Both the position numbers and the translations under genes were made by a program. A stretch of 63,603 nt of DNA, the filler included, from Reticulomyxa filosa (Eukaryota; Protista; Foraminifera): assembly GCA_000512085.1 (NCBI GenBank). It is 20 parts of 20 records of this genome, joined end to end, with 100 filler letters (N's around TTAATTAATTAA, not from the genome) between each part and the next. Parts side by side here need not be neighbours in the genome. Positions count along the whole stretch, not along the records: positions 1 to 2,861 come from ASPP01024222.1; positions 2,962 to 14,678 come from ASPP01015001.1; 18 more parts are not named here. One strand, written 5' to 3'. The notes under the pieces were generated by a model. The model was not told where the DNA came from, did not search any database, and saw nothing but the letters and a program-made list of their open reading frames with translations. This document shows positions 1 through 12,400 of the stretch, one piece after another. How positions within the stretch are numbered: position 1 is the stretch's first letter; the number at the start of each line of letters is the position of its first letter.

Positions 1-126
1 ATTTGCTGATAGGTGCCGAGAAGACTTGCTTCCAGAAAGCGGAGCTGTGCCTCCGTCAGCTGATTCTGTTTTTGACTCTTCTAATTCACTTAATTCCGTT
101 GAGATTTTCAACGTTCTGCTAGACAT
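1..126 (-). CDS. 5' end of a hypothetical protein (MSSRTLKISTELSELEESK...), truncated by the window edge
   Basis: ATG at 126-124 opens a stop-free frame of 42 codons to position 1; GC content is higher than upstream. Confidence 0.35.
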   Translation of the reverse strand, partial: MSSRTLKISTELSELEESKTESADGGTAPLSGSKSSRHLSAN

Positions 127-462
127 TTGTAGAAAAGAATAGCACTTTGAATTTGTACTGTTGGAAAAGAACCCTTTTTTTTTTACCGAACTCACGTTTC
201 AAAAAAAATATACTTAATGGTTGTTGTGTGGAATATTTATAAAACTTTTCCAGTAAGACCTTTGTAAAAAGAATCGCAAATGAGAGACAACACAATTTTT
301 TGTATGACCAAATAATCTGGTCAGATGTATCAGGCAGCATTAAATGCGAAATACAGGAACCGCTCAAAGTTTTTTTTTTTGCAAATATGTGCAAAAAAAA
401 AAAAGAAAATTTGGATATTACAATAGCGAGGAAAAAAAAAATAAAAAATGTTAGTTCTGGAA

Positions 463-1749
463 TCAGAGTGTAATATTGTGTGATCCAAAAGATCGAAAAG
501 GTAATCGCAACGTATGATTACCAGTAAGCCTCTGAATAATAGGTTGAACATGTGCCGTCCCAAACACGCCCAATATTTTTGTTGGTGCGATGGTGTGAGC
601 GCCATGAGAAGTAGTTGCAAGAGAATTGAGAGTGAAACTAAAAATGTCATTTTTTTTTTCGAACAAGTGAAAGTAATGAGGATTGTTTGTGGGCAAAATT
701 TCCCCATAATATTCTTTCAAAGACTTTTCACTCATTTTTGGCAGCAATTGCGAGGGCAGCACAAATTGGAGCATGGTCAGCAATGAAATATTGGAGCTAG
801 TGTCGACACAATCTTGCGACTGCGCAAGATCCAGAATGCGAGCCCCTTGAAGCAAAACTTTGTACTGGTCTCTGGTCCAATCAGTTAAAACGACTTCAAC
901 TTTTTGATGTTCATCATCATATTCATATTGTTGTTGTTGTTGTTTCCACATAGTTCGGATACTGGCTCCAATATCATAAGACCCCTTCCAATATTTCGAG
1001 AGTCCATGATCGGACAAGTTGATATTGTCATGGTCGTCACTGAACAGTCGATGCAAACAATCAAAGTCACTTTCCAAGACTAAAGTGTCGGGCTTCCACG
1101 CTCGAATCACTCTCTCCAAATCGCTCGCCAAAGGTATGCTCATGTGATTCGAATGAAACAACAGCAGCTGCTGTTGGGTCGATGGGTGATACAATAGCGA
1201 CGTTTGCTTGGAATGTTCCGATTTTCCAACTCGCCATTCGCACTTCACGCCTTTGTTGTCGCTGTTGTGATATGTCGTCGCTTCTTCATTGTAATAGTCT
1301 AGACACGTGCTAAAGTGCATCTTGGATGCCCACCGAGCTCTGGGGTCGTTGAACTCGCTTTGATGTTTGTACCATTGTTGCTTACTTATTGCCGGATATA
1401 TCAACTTCAAATTGCGCTGACTGTATCCTTCCTCGTATTGCTTTGGATGGTTCAGCACAATTTCTGGCTCTGTCTCGTCGCGCTCCTCTTCACTTCCAAA
1501 CGCACTGATATTCTTCTTATTTTGTGCTTGGCTTTCAAAGTCCTCCAAAGGACACTGCACAAAATTTATTGCACAGTCGCTTGACACGTGGTCGTGTACA
1601 TATTCTGTCAACTCCTTTCTCAAACGCTTCAACAGCAAAGGCAAGCCGTCGTTTACCAAGGTGTGCTCCCAAGGTTGGATCACTTTTGAGTGTGTCACAT
1701 AAATCCCTGGTCGTTGAAGAATAACGCAACGCAGCGACTTGAGAGCCAT
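463..1749 (-). CDS. Divergent TraB/TRABD (Tiki-TraB superfamily)-like protein
   Basis: 428-aa single ORF. The C-terminal half shows TraB motif order: LFHSNHMS..LERVIRAWKPDTLVLES, VEVVLTDW, EKKNDIFSFTL, KILGVFGTAHVQPI. Confidence 0.55.
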   Translation of the reverse strand: MALKSLRCVILQRPGIYVTHSKVIQPWEHTLVNDGLPLLLKRLRKELTEYVHDHVSSDCAINFVQCPLEDFESQAQNKKNISAFGSEEERDETEPEIVLNHPKQYEEGYSQRNLKLIYPAISKQQWYKHQSEFNDPRARWASKMHFSTCLDYYNEEATTYHNSDNKGVKCEWRVGKSEHSKQTSLLYHPSTQQQLLLFHSNHMSIPLASDLERVIRAWKPDTLVLESDFDCLHRLFSDDHDNINLSDHGLSKYWKGSYDIGASIRTMWKQQQQQYEYDDEHQKVEVVLTDWTRDQYKVLLQGARILDLAQSQDCVDTSSNISLLTMLQFVLPSQLLPKMSEKSLKEYYGEILPTNNPHYFHLFEKKNDIFSFTLNSLATTSHGAHTIAPTKILGVFGTAHVQPIIQRLTGNHTLRLPFRSFGSHNITL

Positions 1750-2071
1750 TTTGGCATCAATTTATAAGTAAAAAAAAAAAAAGGGGGGGGGGAATCATCT
1801 TTGTTTTTTTTTTTAAAAAAAAATATTCGGTTTTCAAAAGTTAATATCGAGCTTTGCCACAAAAAAAATCTTAAGACAAGTGACTGTAGTATTTGGTGTT
1901 TGAGTCTTGTTTCAATGAAATACAACCAACTAAATCAAGTGTAATTACAAATGCTCAAAACACCTTTTTTTTTAATATATCCAACCTATTTCAACGCAGT
2001 ATCGATCTAACATATATAGCACAGTGAAGAAAGTCAAAAAATTGATTTTCATCGTCCTTGTTTGACATCGT

Positions 2072-2659
2072 TCATTCCAAGCCATTTTCCTCGTCACTAT
2101 TTAGCTCCTTTGGTTCTCTATCGTTGCCCAGCTCGCCTTCGAGCTCTTTCAAGGCATTGGCAATTTTGGACAAGTCCTTTTTAGAAAAGGTGCGTTTGTG
2201 AATTTTTTTTTGGAATATGGCGAGGTACACTGGGTTCCTCCTCCTCCTCCTCCTTCTTCCTCTTCCTCTTCCTCTTCCTCTTCTTCAGCCTCAGCAAAGC
2301 GAACAGTTTTTTTGGCAGTGCTTTTGGAGCTTTTATTGGGATCGTTTGTGGACGATGTTTTTTCCGTTTTGTCTTGCCTTTGTTCTTTTTCTTTTTCTTT
2401 TCTTTTTCTTTGTCTTTGTCTTTTTTTTCTTTTTTATTTTCGTTTTCGTTTTCTTTTTCGCCGTGTTGTCCTTTTTCCTCGTCGCTCTGTGCTTTCTTCT
2501 CCGAGCTCACTCTGCGCAATACCGCATATCCATCGTCGTCCACTTCGTAGCCAGACTTTTCAAACTCTACAATTTCAGAAGACACGAGTTCTTGGAGTGT
2601 CTTCAGCCACACGATTTTCGTCCGCAATCTATTGTCGAAACAAAAGGGTTAAAACATTT

Positions 2660-2696
<37 letters not shown>

Positions 2697-2814
2697 TCCA
2701 AAGAGAGAGAGAGAGAGACAAACCCAGTGGGTGGTGGCTTCGACATTAAAACATTCAATTTTGTCTGTGGCAATTTGGAGAGCAAACGAGACCATCCTCC
2801 CTCCAACGGGACTT
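2072..2814 (-). CDS. 3' part of a hypothetical K/E-rich protein (3 exons, 5'-truncated)
   Basis: Exons join in frame across GT-AG introns: ...KPPPTG|LRTKIVWLK...EEEPS|DLSKIANALKELEG...NGLE* (stop 2074-2072). Confidence 0.5.
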
Positions 2815-2861
2815 GTTGGAACCGAAAGGGTTTGAATTCCGGGTTTTTAAAAACCCGGAAT
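2815..2861. other. Untrimmed Roche 454 FLX paired-end linker/hairpin adaptor (artefact)
   Basis: GTTGGAACCGAAAGGGTTTGAATTC is half of the 454 FLX palindromic linker, followed by a hairpin remnant; it lies at a contig end and cuts a coding exon. Confidence 0.9.
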
Positions 2862-2961
2862 NNNNNNNNNNNNNNNNNNNNNNNNNNNNNNNNNNNNNNN
2901 NNNNNTTAATTAATTAANNNNNNNNNNNNNNNNNNNNNNNNNNNNNNNNNNNNNNNNNNNN
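2862..2961. other. Artificial contig spacer N44-TTAATTAATTAA-N44 (first of 19 in the window)
   Basis: Identical 100-bp spacer with stops in all six frames recurs at about 14679, 16264, 18049, 19401, 21106, 22227, 24020, 25730, 26908, 35076, 37535, 39398, 41704, 45604, 55163, 59909, 61230 and 62330. Confidence 0.98.
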
Positions 2962-3056
2962 ATTATTATTATTATTATTATAAAAACAAATAAAAATAAA
3001 TAAATATAGAAAATTAATAGAGTCTCAAAAAAAAAAAAAAAAAAATTATACGTAAC

Positions 3057-4133
3057 TTTCAAATTGTTAATGTTAGCATTTTGCTGCATGTCATTTATTT
3101 CACAATTGACCTTTTCAATTTCTCGAAAATCTTCTTCCTCGACAATCCAAAGTTTCTCGGCTTTCGTATCACGCCTCATCCAATCCTTCAGCTTGGTTCT
3201 GAGGTGCACCGATCCAAGACTGCTCCCTATAATGTGCACATGCTCATGATCCCCACTCACCACCGCAGTGCAATTGGTCAAAGGATACGGCAGAGCTTGC
3301 TCGCACTTGACCCACTTATCCTCTTCAATCACGTACTTGTACACGTCGGCGCTATCCGGAGGAGACTCGCGAACGCCACCAAAGAACAGCACCATGCCAT
3401 TGGCGCACACAAATGCATAATAGTGCAACATGCGCATGCTCGAACATATATGCACGTAGGCAATATCAAACTTTTTTCGATCCTCGTCATAGTTGATCGA
3501 CAATCCAGTTTTTTTACAAAACAGCAACATTTCGACATTTGCTTTTTTCTGCAAACGCCCCGCTGCAGCTGCTGTTGTGGAGTGCTTCGTCGTTTTCAGC
3601 ACAAAGCAATGATGGAGCAACGTATCCACGACTGGCAACAAAGACGTAGCCACATATGTATACGTATTTATATTAAATACGTCAATCGACTTGGAATACG
3701 TAATAAACAACAAATTGTTATTGCGTCCTCCAATCACTGCACGCATACTACGAAAGTTATTTTGTCCACGGTTAATACAAACTTCCTGGCCGTTGGCATT
3801 GCTCACTTGGGACAGCTTTTGCACATTCGTTTTCTTCTTCCAAACGCTTACATATTTCATCATCTTCACTTCTCCATTATATCCTCCAAACATCCACAAT
3901 GTCGTCTCCTTTTCGCCATTCGTTTTGGGGAGATTCACCACACAGTAACCGCAGTTTGGATAGTCTCTTGGCAACTTGCATACCCATCTATATTGGTTAC
4001 CGCGGGTGTGGTATGAATAACAGTTTACTTTTCCGAAAATTAACAACTCCCGTTTCAGAGCGATGCACTGAGCTTGAGGAAAATTCTCTGGTAACGAAAA
4101 CATGTTTTGAAATGGGGATGATGAGGTCATCAT
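3057..4133 (-). CDS. Kelch-like beta-propeller protein, exon 1; paralog of the Kelch-WD40 gene at 56811-59159, 3'-truncated
   Basis: Repeated Kelch-like GG/W motifs (LWMFGGY, VLFFGG, EDKWVKC); colinear with the 59159 gene and the same intron position after ...NNLK|GT. Confidence 0.75.
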
Positions 4134-4737
4134 ATTTGCTTTCTTTTTCGCTATATACAATAAAATTAAAATTATTTGCTGAAATAATTTGAGCTCGGTA
4201 GAGGGGACTAACAAAAAAAATTAAAGGGCCAAGTTTTCACTCCAGTTTTTAGGAAATAAGACAGTTATGTCTGTTTCATGTGAAATTGTTAACTCTTTCT
4301 GATGTATTTTTAGAAAATATTCATTAATAACTTTTTTGAATTAAAATATTACACCAAGTAAATTTAGTATTGAAAATGAGCAGATTGCAAAGAAATGTAC
4401 GCAAACTCAATATTTACCGCTTTTTAGATATGTTGATAAACTAATAGCACAATTATTAAAATTGGCTCTTTCACAAGCATCGAGAACAATTTAAGCAAAA
4501 TCAGCTTTAAAAGAATTTCTCTTTGCAAATAACAAAACTAAAGTCTAAATTGCAATCTTTACAAGTGTTGAATTTCCTTATGAAAGTACACCGTTCATAA
4601 TATAAAATATTACACTCGTTTTATCTAAAGTGAACAAAACATAACAAATTATTGAGCTGTGTGGCAAGTAGTTTTTTTTTTAAAAAAGGAACGAATTTTG
4701 ATATTACAAATAGATCGATTAACATTAACATTGAAGA

Positions 4738-6161
4738 ATGTCAGACAAAAGTAAAATATAAAAAACAAACAAAAAATGGGTCATCTTCGTGTGAATACTT
4801 TCAATCTTGGTCGGAAAAAAATAAACAGAAGACACGCTGTGTGACAAGACGTACGACGTTACGAGCGTAGTAATAAGTATAGCGAATTTTGTAATTGATT
4901 TGTATATATTAATAGGATTTTATGAAAAAAAAAGACTAGTATGTTATTACTTAAGTTTGGCAATAATGATAATAACACAATTGGCGTACTGTGCATTATT
5001 TGTACTAAAATATTGTGAGCCATTTGATGCATTACGTCGAATTAAGTGGCTCATAGGAATACTTCCATTTTCTTGGGCAATACCTTTTGTATTTTACTTG
5101 ACAGAAAACAGCAAGTCACGCTTAGCCTTATTTATGGCCCAATTTGCACTTGATGTCTCTCCTTATTATTTTCTGAATTTACCTGCTACTTATATGGAAA
5201 AGTTTTTTTCTTTTTTTTTTATTAATTAATATGTGATCAATCAAACAAATATAAAAAAAAAAAAAAAAAAAAAAAAAAACAATAGAAAGTTAAACAAGAG
5301 AATGGAGAAGCATGTAAGTAAAATATGAGTAATAGCTATATTTGAAATTACCATAAACAATCCATATATAAAAAAAAAAAGATTTCTTTTTTTGTTCTTG
5401 CTTTGTGCAAAGATGATAATATTTATGCTTTGATTTGTTCAAATAAACTGTGCTTTTTTTTTTTTCACAAATTCAAATATAAAAAGACTTGTTTTATTAT
5501 TGAAGCGATATTTGAAGGTTCGTGTCTTTTTACAATTGTTTATTTTTTGTTGTATTGTAATTGTAAAATTGTAAATTGCAAATACATATTATATTGCAAG
5601 CGGTTCCACAATCGGTATTACAAATAGCGGCAATGATAGTATACAATGAAATCAATACGATATACTTGATATCCATCTCTGTATCTGTCGTAAATATTGT
5701 TTTTAAATTGTTAATTTTCTCATTCGGCAATGATGTGTACACTTACATTTGGTCTTGGCTTTGCTTTGTCACTGGTTTGTCTTTTTTTGCAAAAAAAAAA
5801 AAAAAAAACAATCAAACAAATGAAATACATTTAATTCTTTTTTATTTTTATTTTTTATGTAATAGACTTGGTTAGTGTATTTTTCGTCCTTTCATTGATA
5901 TTGTATAATCCGGTTGTAGATGGTAATGCATACAATTTAATGGCCACTATATTTTATTACAAGGTATACATTGCAATCCTTCCGCTCATTGCATGGGCTG
6001 TCATCACTTGTTTCTTCAGCGTGTTTTTTTTTCTTATTTTGATAATATATGACGAATTTTTAAACCGCTACACATATTGCCTCATTCCTTTCTATTTCGC
6101 CTTTGTCATTATCGCTAGTCTTTTCGTTGCTGTGCTTGTAATTCTTTTTGGAATCATGTTC
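4738..6161 (+). CDS. XK-related (Xkr/CED-8 scramblase-like) multi-pass membrane protein, multi-exon, 3' end missing
   Basis: Spliced model (introns include 5202-5285, 5314-5486, 5518-5600) gives TM helices and FIIEAIFEAVPQSVLQ, matching the XK-family E..PQ..LQ motif. Confidence 0.7.
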
Positions 6162-6162
6162 A

Positions 6163-6181
<19 letters not shown>

Positions 6182-6193
<12 letters not shown>

Positions 6194-6502
6194 TTGTATT
6201 TGTATTTGTATTTATATTTATATCCGAAGATTTCGGTGCGTGGTCATTGATAACCAATAATACATCACTCTCCGGCATCGAAAGACTTTTCTTGTTCACT
6301 TTGCCATTGTCCGTCATCTTTTTCAGGTTGCTTGCACTGTCCACTTTTTCAAGCTCTCTTCGTGCGTGTGACACAAGCATAGAGCGCAATAGATTGTCTT
6401 TCCTCCCTTTGTCATTGTCAGCAGTGTGATCATGATCATGGTCATGATCCTCCTCCATTCCTTGTTGGATAGCTTTTGAATTGGTTTTTTCTTCTTCATT
6501 GC

Positions 6503-6535
<33 letters not shown>

Positions 6536-6691
6536 CATGATCTTCTTCATCTTCATGCTCCTCCTCTTCTTGCTTCTTCGTAATCGGGGGCACATCCCAA
6601 TCCAAATTGTATGGAGACAACGCAGGGTCATCAAACTCTTCCGACAGCTTCTTGTCCTTTGTGGTCACAGCTATCGCCGTCACCATCGCCG

Positions 6692-6722
<31 letters not shown>

Positions 6723-6932
6723 TCCGACCACCTTCTCTTCGCTGGCGTTGCGACTCACGCTCGGACTTATGCTAAGGCGTTGCCTATGCGACTCACTCCC
6801 GCTCATACTATTCGACGAGTTGTGTCGAACCAGCTTGTTGGGTGTCAAGCTAGTCGACGCGTTGCGCTGCAGCGGCGCTATTCCGGTTGGTACATTTTGA
6901 TCTATGGTAGAAGCCCCTTCTGGAAGTTGTAC

Positions 6933-6970
<38 letters not shown>

Positions 6971-7566
6971 GATTTGATAGTGGTGGTTGTGATTGCTGTC
7001 GTCGTTGTTGCTGTCGTTGTTGTTGTTGTTGTAACTGCAATTGCAATTGTGGCTGCGATTGCAACTGTAGCTTTGTCTTCGATGCTTTTGCTTGCCGTGG
7101 AAAGTGCTGTCTCATATAAGCACTATAACGTCGATACCATATCATGCCTGGAATCAACACATGAAATGGTACGCTTGTCAACAGTAACATCACTCGTCGC
7201 ATCATTGTCCATTTCGAATTCCCTCCCCCTCCTCCTCCTTTCCAATGTACGCCAAATTCTTCGTACAATACCTTATTGTACCAACAATGCGTTAACAACA
7301 ATATCAATGCTGCTATTCCAAATTCTATATTATGCCCGTGCTCATACAATACGAAAGCTGTGGCTATATTCTATCGTTTTTTTTTTTTGTTTGTTTGTTT
7401 ATGTAATTTGGGGTTGCTTTGTTCAATGACTTTGCGTTCCTTGCGACGACCCCCCCCCTCCCTCTCCCCTCACCTTATTTCCCTCTCCTCTTCTTCATCT
7501 AACCAAGGCATTATCCAGAAATGTGATCAAGCCCAACGAAAGATCAAGCAGCAAAACACAGTGCAT
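6182..7566 (-). CDS. XK-like membrane protein N-terminus with a long low-complexity (Q/T/N) loop, 3' end missing
   Basis: MHCVLLLDLSLGLITFLDNAL|NIATAFVLY..FGIAALILLLTH..LLLTSVPFHVLIPGMIW parallels the first three TMs of the neighbouring XK-like gene. Confidence 0.45.
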
Positions 7567-8248
7567 AAGTGGTTGCAAGTTCCTTTTTTATTTTTATTCA
7601 AGGTCGCTTATCGCATTTCTTACATCCTTTTTTTTTTGGGAAAAAAAAAGAAATTTCTGGCTGAAGCAAGTTGTCTTTTCGAATTACAAATGTGACGCTT
7701 TTTGGCGAACTTAGCCCAACTTTCTCAGTGCAGTGCTTTAACAACACAAAACAATATTATAATTTTTGAAATCGTTAGACCCGTTGGTATTGCGTCCTCA
7801 ACGCACGTACTGACAGTTTTTGTTCTGTGAAATATCTTAAAGTAGTACCAGTCGACACGCTAGAAGTTGGCAAATTAAGTCGCAGTGCCACAGGTGTACG
7901 TCAAGCAAAAAGCTCTTTTTAGAAAAAATTAATATATTTCTAGTTTCGACAAGCTCCACTGGTCGACTGCAATTCATTGGCATTTCGATTACTCAAAGAC
8001 TATTCGAAAGCATCAGGCAAATAAGTAAAAAAGGAAAAGAAAAGCAACAGGTCCGTTCTTTGTGGAAGCAAGAGAGAGAAGAGAGAGGGGAACAACAGCA
8101 AAAAAAAAAATGTACACATGTCTTGTCGATAAAGAGTTTTTGCAGAGAAAATAGGGAGAAAGAGGAAGGGGGAAACGGAAAAAAAAAATTCAAAAAAAAA
8201 AAAAATGCATGTGAAGAAAAAAAAAAAAAAAAAAAAGGTTGAAAGCCA

Positions 8249-9343
8249 ATGAGTGAAGTATTTACGTTAGCACGACCTCGATTGGAAGACATTCGCTCTC
8301 CAGACATAAGCGATGGGATGGCGTTGCTGAAACTGGACGAAGCGCGTGAAGAGGAGTCGTATGATTACTCGGAGCACAGTCAGACAGATAGAATATTGAG
8401 TGCAGGCGAGACAGAGATAATAAAAAGTGGAATGACGAGCAACATGATATCAAACGTGTCAAATGGAAGCAATAGTAATAACAGCAGTAATAACAGCAGT
8501 AATAACAGTAGTAATAACAGTAGTAATAACAGTAGCAATAACAATAGTGACAATGATAGCATTGGCATGAATCCAAATACAGATGCAAGCATAGATATGA
8601 ATATGAATGCAACAGCATCATCCGCATATGCGAAAGGGGTGTCCGAGGATGACAATATGGAAAAAAAGGGTGCGGAAAATGACGTGGACGACCTAATGGA
8701 CAATGACGACAGTACAGTGGCCACATTGAGACTGCAGCCATCCTTACACGCGAACACTTCGCAAAAGCCGCCCAACTTTAAGAAAGTGTTGTATGTGCAT
8801 GACAGCAATAGTGGCAATGACAATGCCCATAGCCATAGTGGTCATCACTCTTCCAATGTGGCAATGACAAACATCAATTCCAATGTCAATGTTAATGTCA
8901 GTGTTAACAATGCAAACACAAATGCAAATACAAATGCAAATACCAATACCAATACCAATGACTCCATTGCAAAACTGATCTCAAACAATCGCTGGTGCAA
9001 ATTGATCCAATGCAAAGTAAACGAAGTGCGCCACAGCAAACGCAACGTGTTCCGCAACTATCACATGGTGATCATCATGTTGAAGTCCAAAGACATTCTT
9101 TGCGAAATCTTACAAAAGGCTATGAAAAAGTGTTTGCGAGAGTGTTTGATTGTAGTCATCCATCGCTGCGCGTCGCAGGGAGGCAAGCTCCGCAACAAGT
9201 TGATGGAAATGGGTGCCAACGTTGTCACTAACGACCAAGAAGCGTTGGCAAAGATATTAAAAATCTTGTCTAATCAAGGCAAGAGTTACAATGATGAATT
9301 GCAAAACAGTAATAATAATAATAACAATAATAATAATAATAAC

Positions 9344-9403
<60 letters not shown>

Positions 9404-12400
9404 AATGTTATGAACAATGAATGCAGCAGTTCAGTGGAGAAAATGAATCCAAATGGAATTAATCTCTCTCAATATTACACATGTGGATATTGTGGAATGG
9501 AGCATTTGAGCAAGAAAGAATTGTTACAACACATTCCTTTGTATCACAGCTATGGAATGACACGGGAAAGATTTTATAGCAACAACAATAGCAACAATAA
9601 TAGCAATAGTTCTAATGATCGCGACGGTCATGGTTCCAATAATATTCATAATCAACTTTATTATCATCTTCATAATAATAATCATCATCATCGGGCCGAC
9701 AATGGAAACAAACACGAGGACGACTATCATCCTTCATACCAATCTCTTGCCACTGTTGCTCACACGTGCCCAATGTGCCGAATGGAGTTCGTCAACAAAA
9801 AGAGACTGTTCTCGCACATGAAATACGAAAAGAAATACAACAAAAATGGCTCCCATCCTCCTCGCCATTGCAAGCCCGACACCAGTGATGAGCCGCTGCC
9901 TCTCCCCACGCGCACTCACGTGCATGTCGTTATACGTCGTCCCACCGACAACCACTTCCTGCTTGCCCAACTCTTGAGCGAGAATTGCGAACACGAATTC
10001 GATCTGCCAAACGTGCAAGTCCGTTTCGGAGAGACATTGTTGGAAGCCGCTGAAAAGTGCATTGCCAAACAAGCCGGAATTAAATCTGCGATTAAAGGAA
10101 TTGTTGAATTCCGGCACATTGTCAATCGATCACATTCCAATAATCCTAGTCATGATTATAACGAATTGCATGTTTATTTTTATGCGGAGCATAACAAATC
10201 AGTGCGCATTAATATATTTTTTATATGTATATATAATATGTATATATGTATATATGTATATATGTAAATACACGATAAATTAACCAGAAAGATTTACCCA
10301 AATCAGTTCCAACATATGACTCTGCTGGCGCAGCATGGCTACCAATGAAAGATTTGACATCCATCCCTTTACGAGATCCACAAATAGCAGAGTGGCTTAC
10401 TTTTGTGTCGATGAACAATTGCATTCAGCCGCTCAGCATTTTGAAATGTTGGAAAACAGACCGACGATGGCGTGGCACTCCCACGCATAATCCCATTCGC
10501 GAAGATAAAAACAATCTGACCAAGTCCACACACACCGTAGCGGAAAGGCAAATGGAAAGCGTGGCAGACGTGTCGACGACAACACACAAGTCAAAAAATC
10601 TTGCTAATGCCATCGAACACTTACACAAAATAAAAAATCAAAAACCAAAAAGTGCTCATCCCAGTCACAATAATCCGACGGACATTCATGAAGTGTCATC
10701 ACCATCGCCATTGCCCCCTCCGCCTCCGATGTCACCACGCTCGCCACTTCATCAAGCCATCTTTGATCCTCCTCATCCCAAACGAAAGACAAAAATTATT
10801 TCCAAAGAAAAAACGTTTGTTTGTATATACATATATATAGGTATATATATATATATAGTATATATGTATATATATGTATACACATGTATACATATGTATA
10901 TCCCATTCGTCTTTTTTTTTTAATGCGTTGAGCTGGTTGAAATGATAAATAGTGACAAAATCCAAAATGGAGGTCGAGGTCGAGTGCATGAGAACGATGA
11001 GGAACTGAAGAAAAAGAGTACTACCAAACCGGGGGCTTCGTCCAACACTGAAACCAAATCGAAAATTAAAAGAAAGGCCACCAAAGAGAGTATCCAAGAC
11101 AGGGAAGAAAAAAACGTGAGCAGTGACGAGTTGGAACACATGACGGAAGAGGAAGAAAAGAATTACCGCAACCAAAAAGTGCGTTCAAATTTGCCCACTC
11201 ATACACAAGTTGTAGTAAACACAATCATATCCCATTAACCCTCCCCCCCCCTCCTTCCTGACATTCACTCAAACACACAAACAATACGACGTATACGTAA
11301 TTTTAAAAAAAGTATACGTATTATTTAGAATACTTTTTATTTTTATTATCGTCGTTGCTCTTTATGTGTTCCCTCCTTTTCACGTTTTTAAACCTCAAAT
11401 AAAAAAACAATTGTTACACAATGATGTCAATAGATCGCAAAAACGGAGATGGATGACAGTCCAAAGAATTGGACAACGATCCAGAGCAAGGTCTCTTATA
11501 TCAATGAAAAGCATGCCAAATCTTTTCAACAACATACCAACAACATAGCCCACAAACATGCTAACACTCGAGATTCTAAGACAAAGGGTATGTATATACA
11601 GTGTTTGTGTTTTGTTTTTTTTAGTGTCCTTTATTTTTACGCTTTTCTCTTCTCATCCCCTCTCCCCCTTCCCCCTTTTTTTTTTTTTTTTGTGTGGGGT
11701 ATCGGAATGTTCTTATATAAATTGTGTGTTAATATCAAACACATGGATCATCATTTGTGTACCTTTTAATCATAAGCTTGAGTTATTGCATCATCTGTTT
11801 TTTTTTGTTGTTGTTTTTTTTGAAGCCACGCCAAAGCGATCTCAAACAGCTGGTAACAATGGGAAAAAACTTCAACACCACAACCCAGAAGAAGAGGTGC
11901 GCACAAGTCGTCGAGGATCAGAAAATTTGTTATCCAGAACTGATCAAAACGATTTGATGAAATGTGCACGTATGCATTGGAATACTTTTATTTTTTATTG
12001 TACAGTTTGTTTTTTTATTTTTTTTTTTTTTACGAAACCAGACAAGAGTGAAAAAAGAAAAACATTTATCCCCTCCCCCCCCTCTTTTTGCACACACACA
12101 AAATACATTCGGTAGAGTGGATAATAGAACAAGTTTCAGACTCGCCTGAAAAGCAACAACATCAGACCCAGCGACGACAGCACGGAAGTGGAAAGCCACG
12201 TCATTTGGACGTGAACGAAAGAATCAAGTCCCAAAACGGCCTGGACACTGGCGAGATAAAGGACGGCACAGAGGAGGAACTCTTAGAGCCAGGAAGCCTA
12301 CGAGAACGCGACCGGAACAGACTGTGGGAAGACAGTAACGAGCTACTCGTTGGACGGCCGAGCCGCCAAGGCGGTGAGATGGGACAAGACGAGTTGGAGA

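Noticed and set aside
2815-2861. 47-bp sequence with a perfect 26-bp palindrome, repeated at another contig end (37487-37534); it looks like a hairpin telomere or MITE end
   Set aside because: It begins with half of the Roche 454 FLX paired-end linker (GTTGGAACCGAAAGGGTTTGAATTC, EcoRI site) plus hairpin-adaptor remnant, so it is a library artefact.
2198-2909. Long antisense or alternative-frame ORFs (also 3081-4016, 6537-6977, 8262-8823, 15500-16085, 34377-34808)
   Set aside because: These are shadows of low-complexity or codon-biased sense genes and have no independent motifs.
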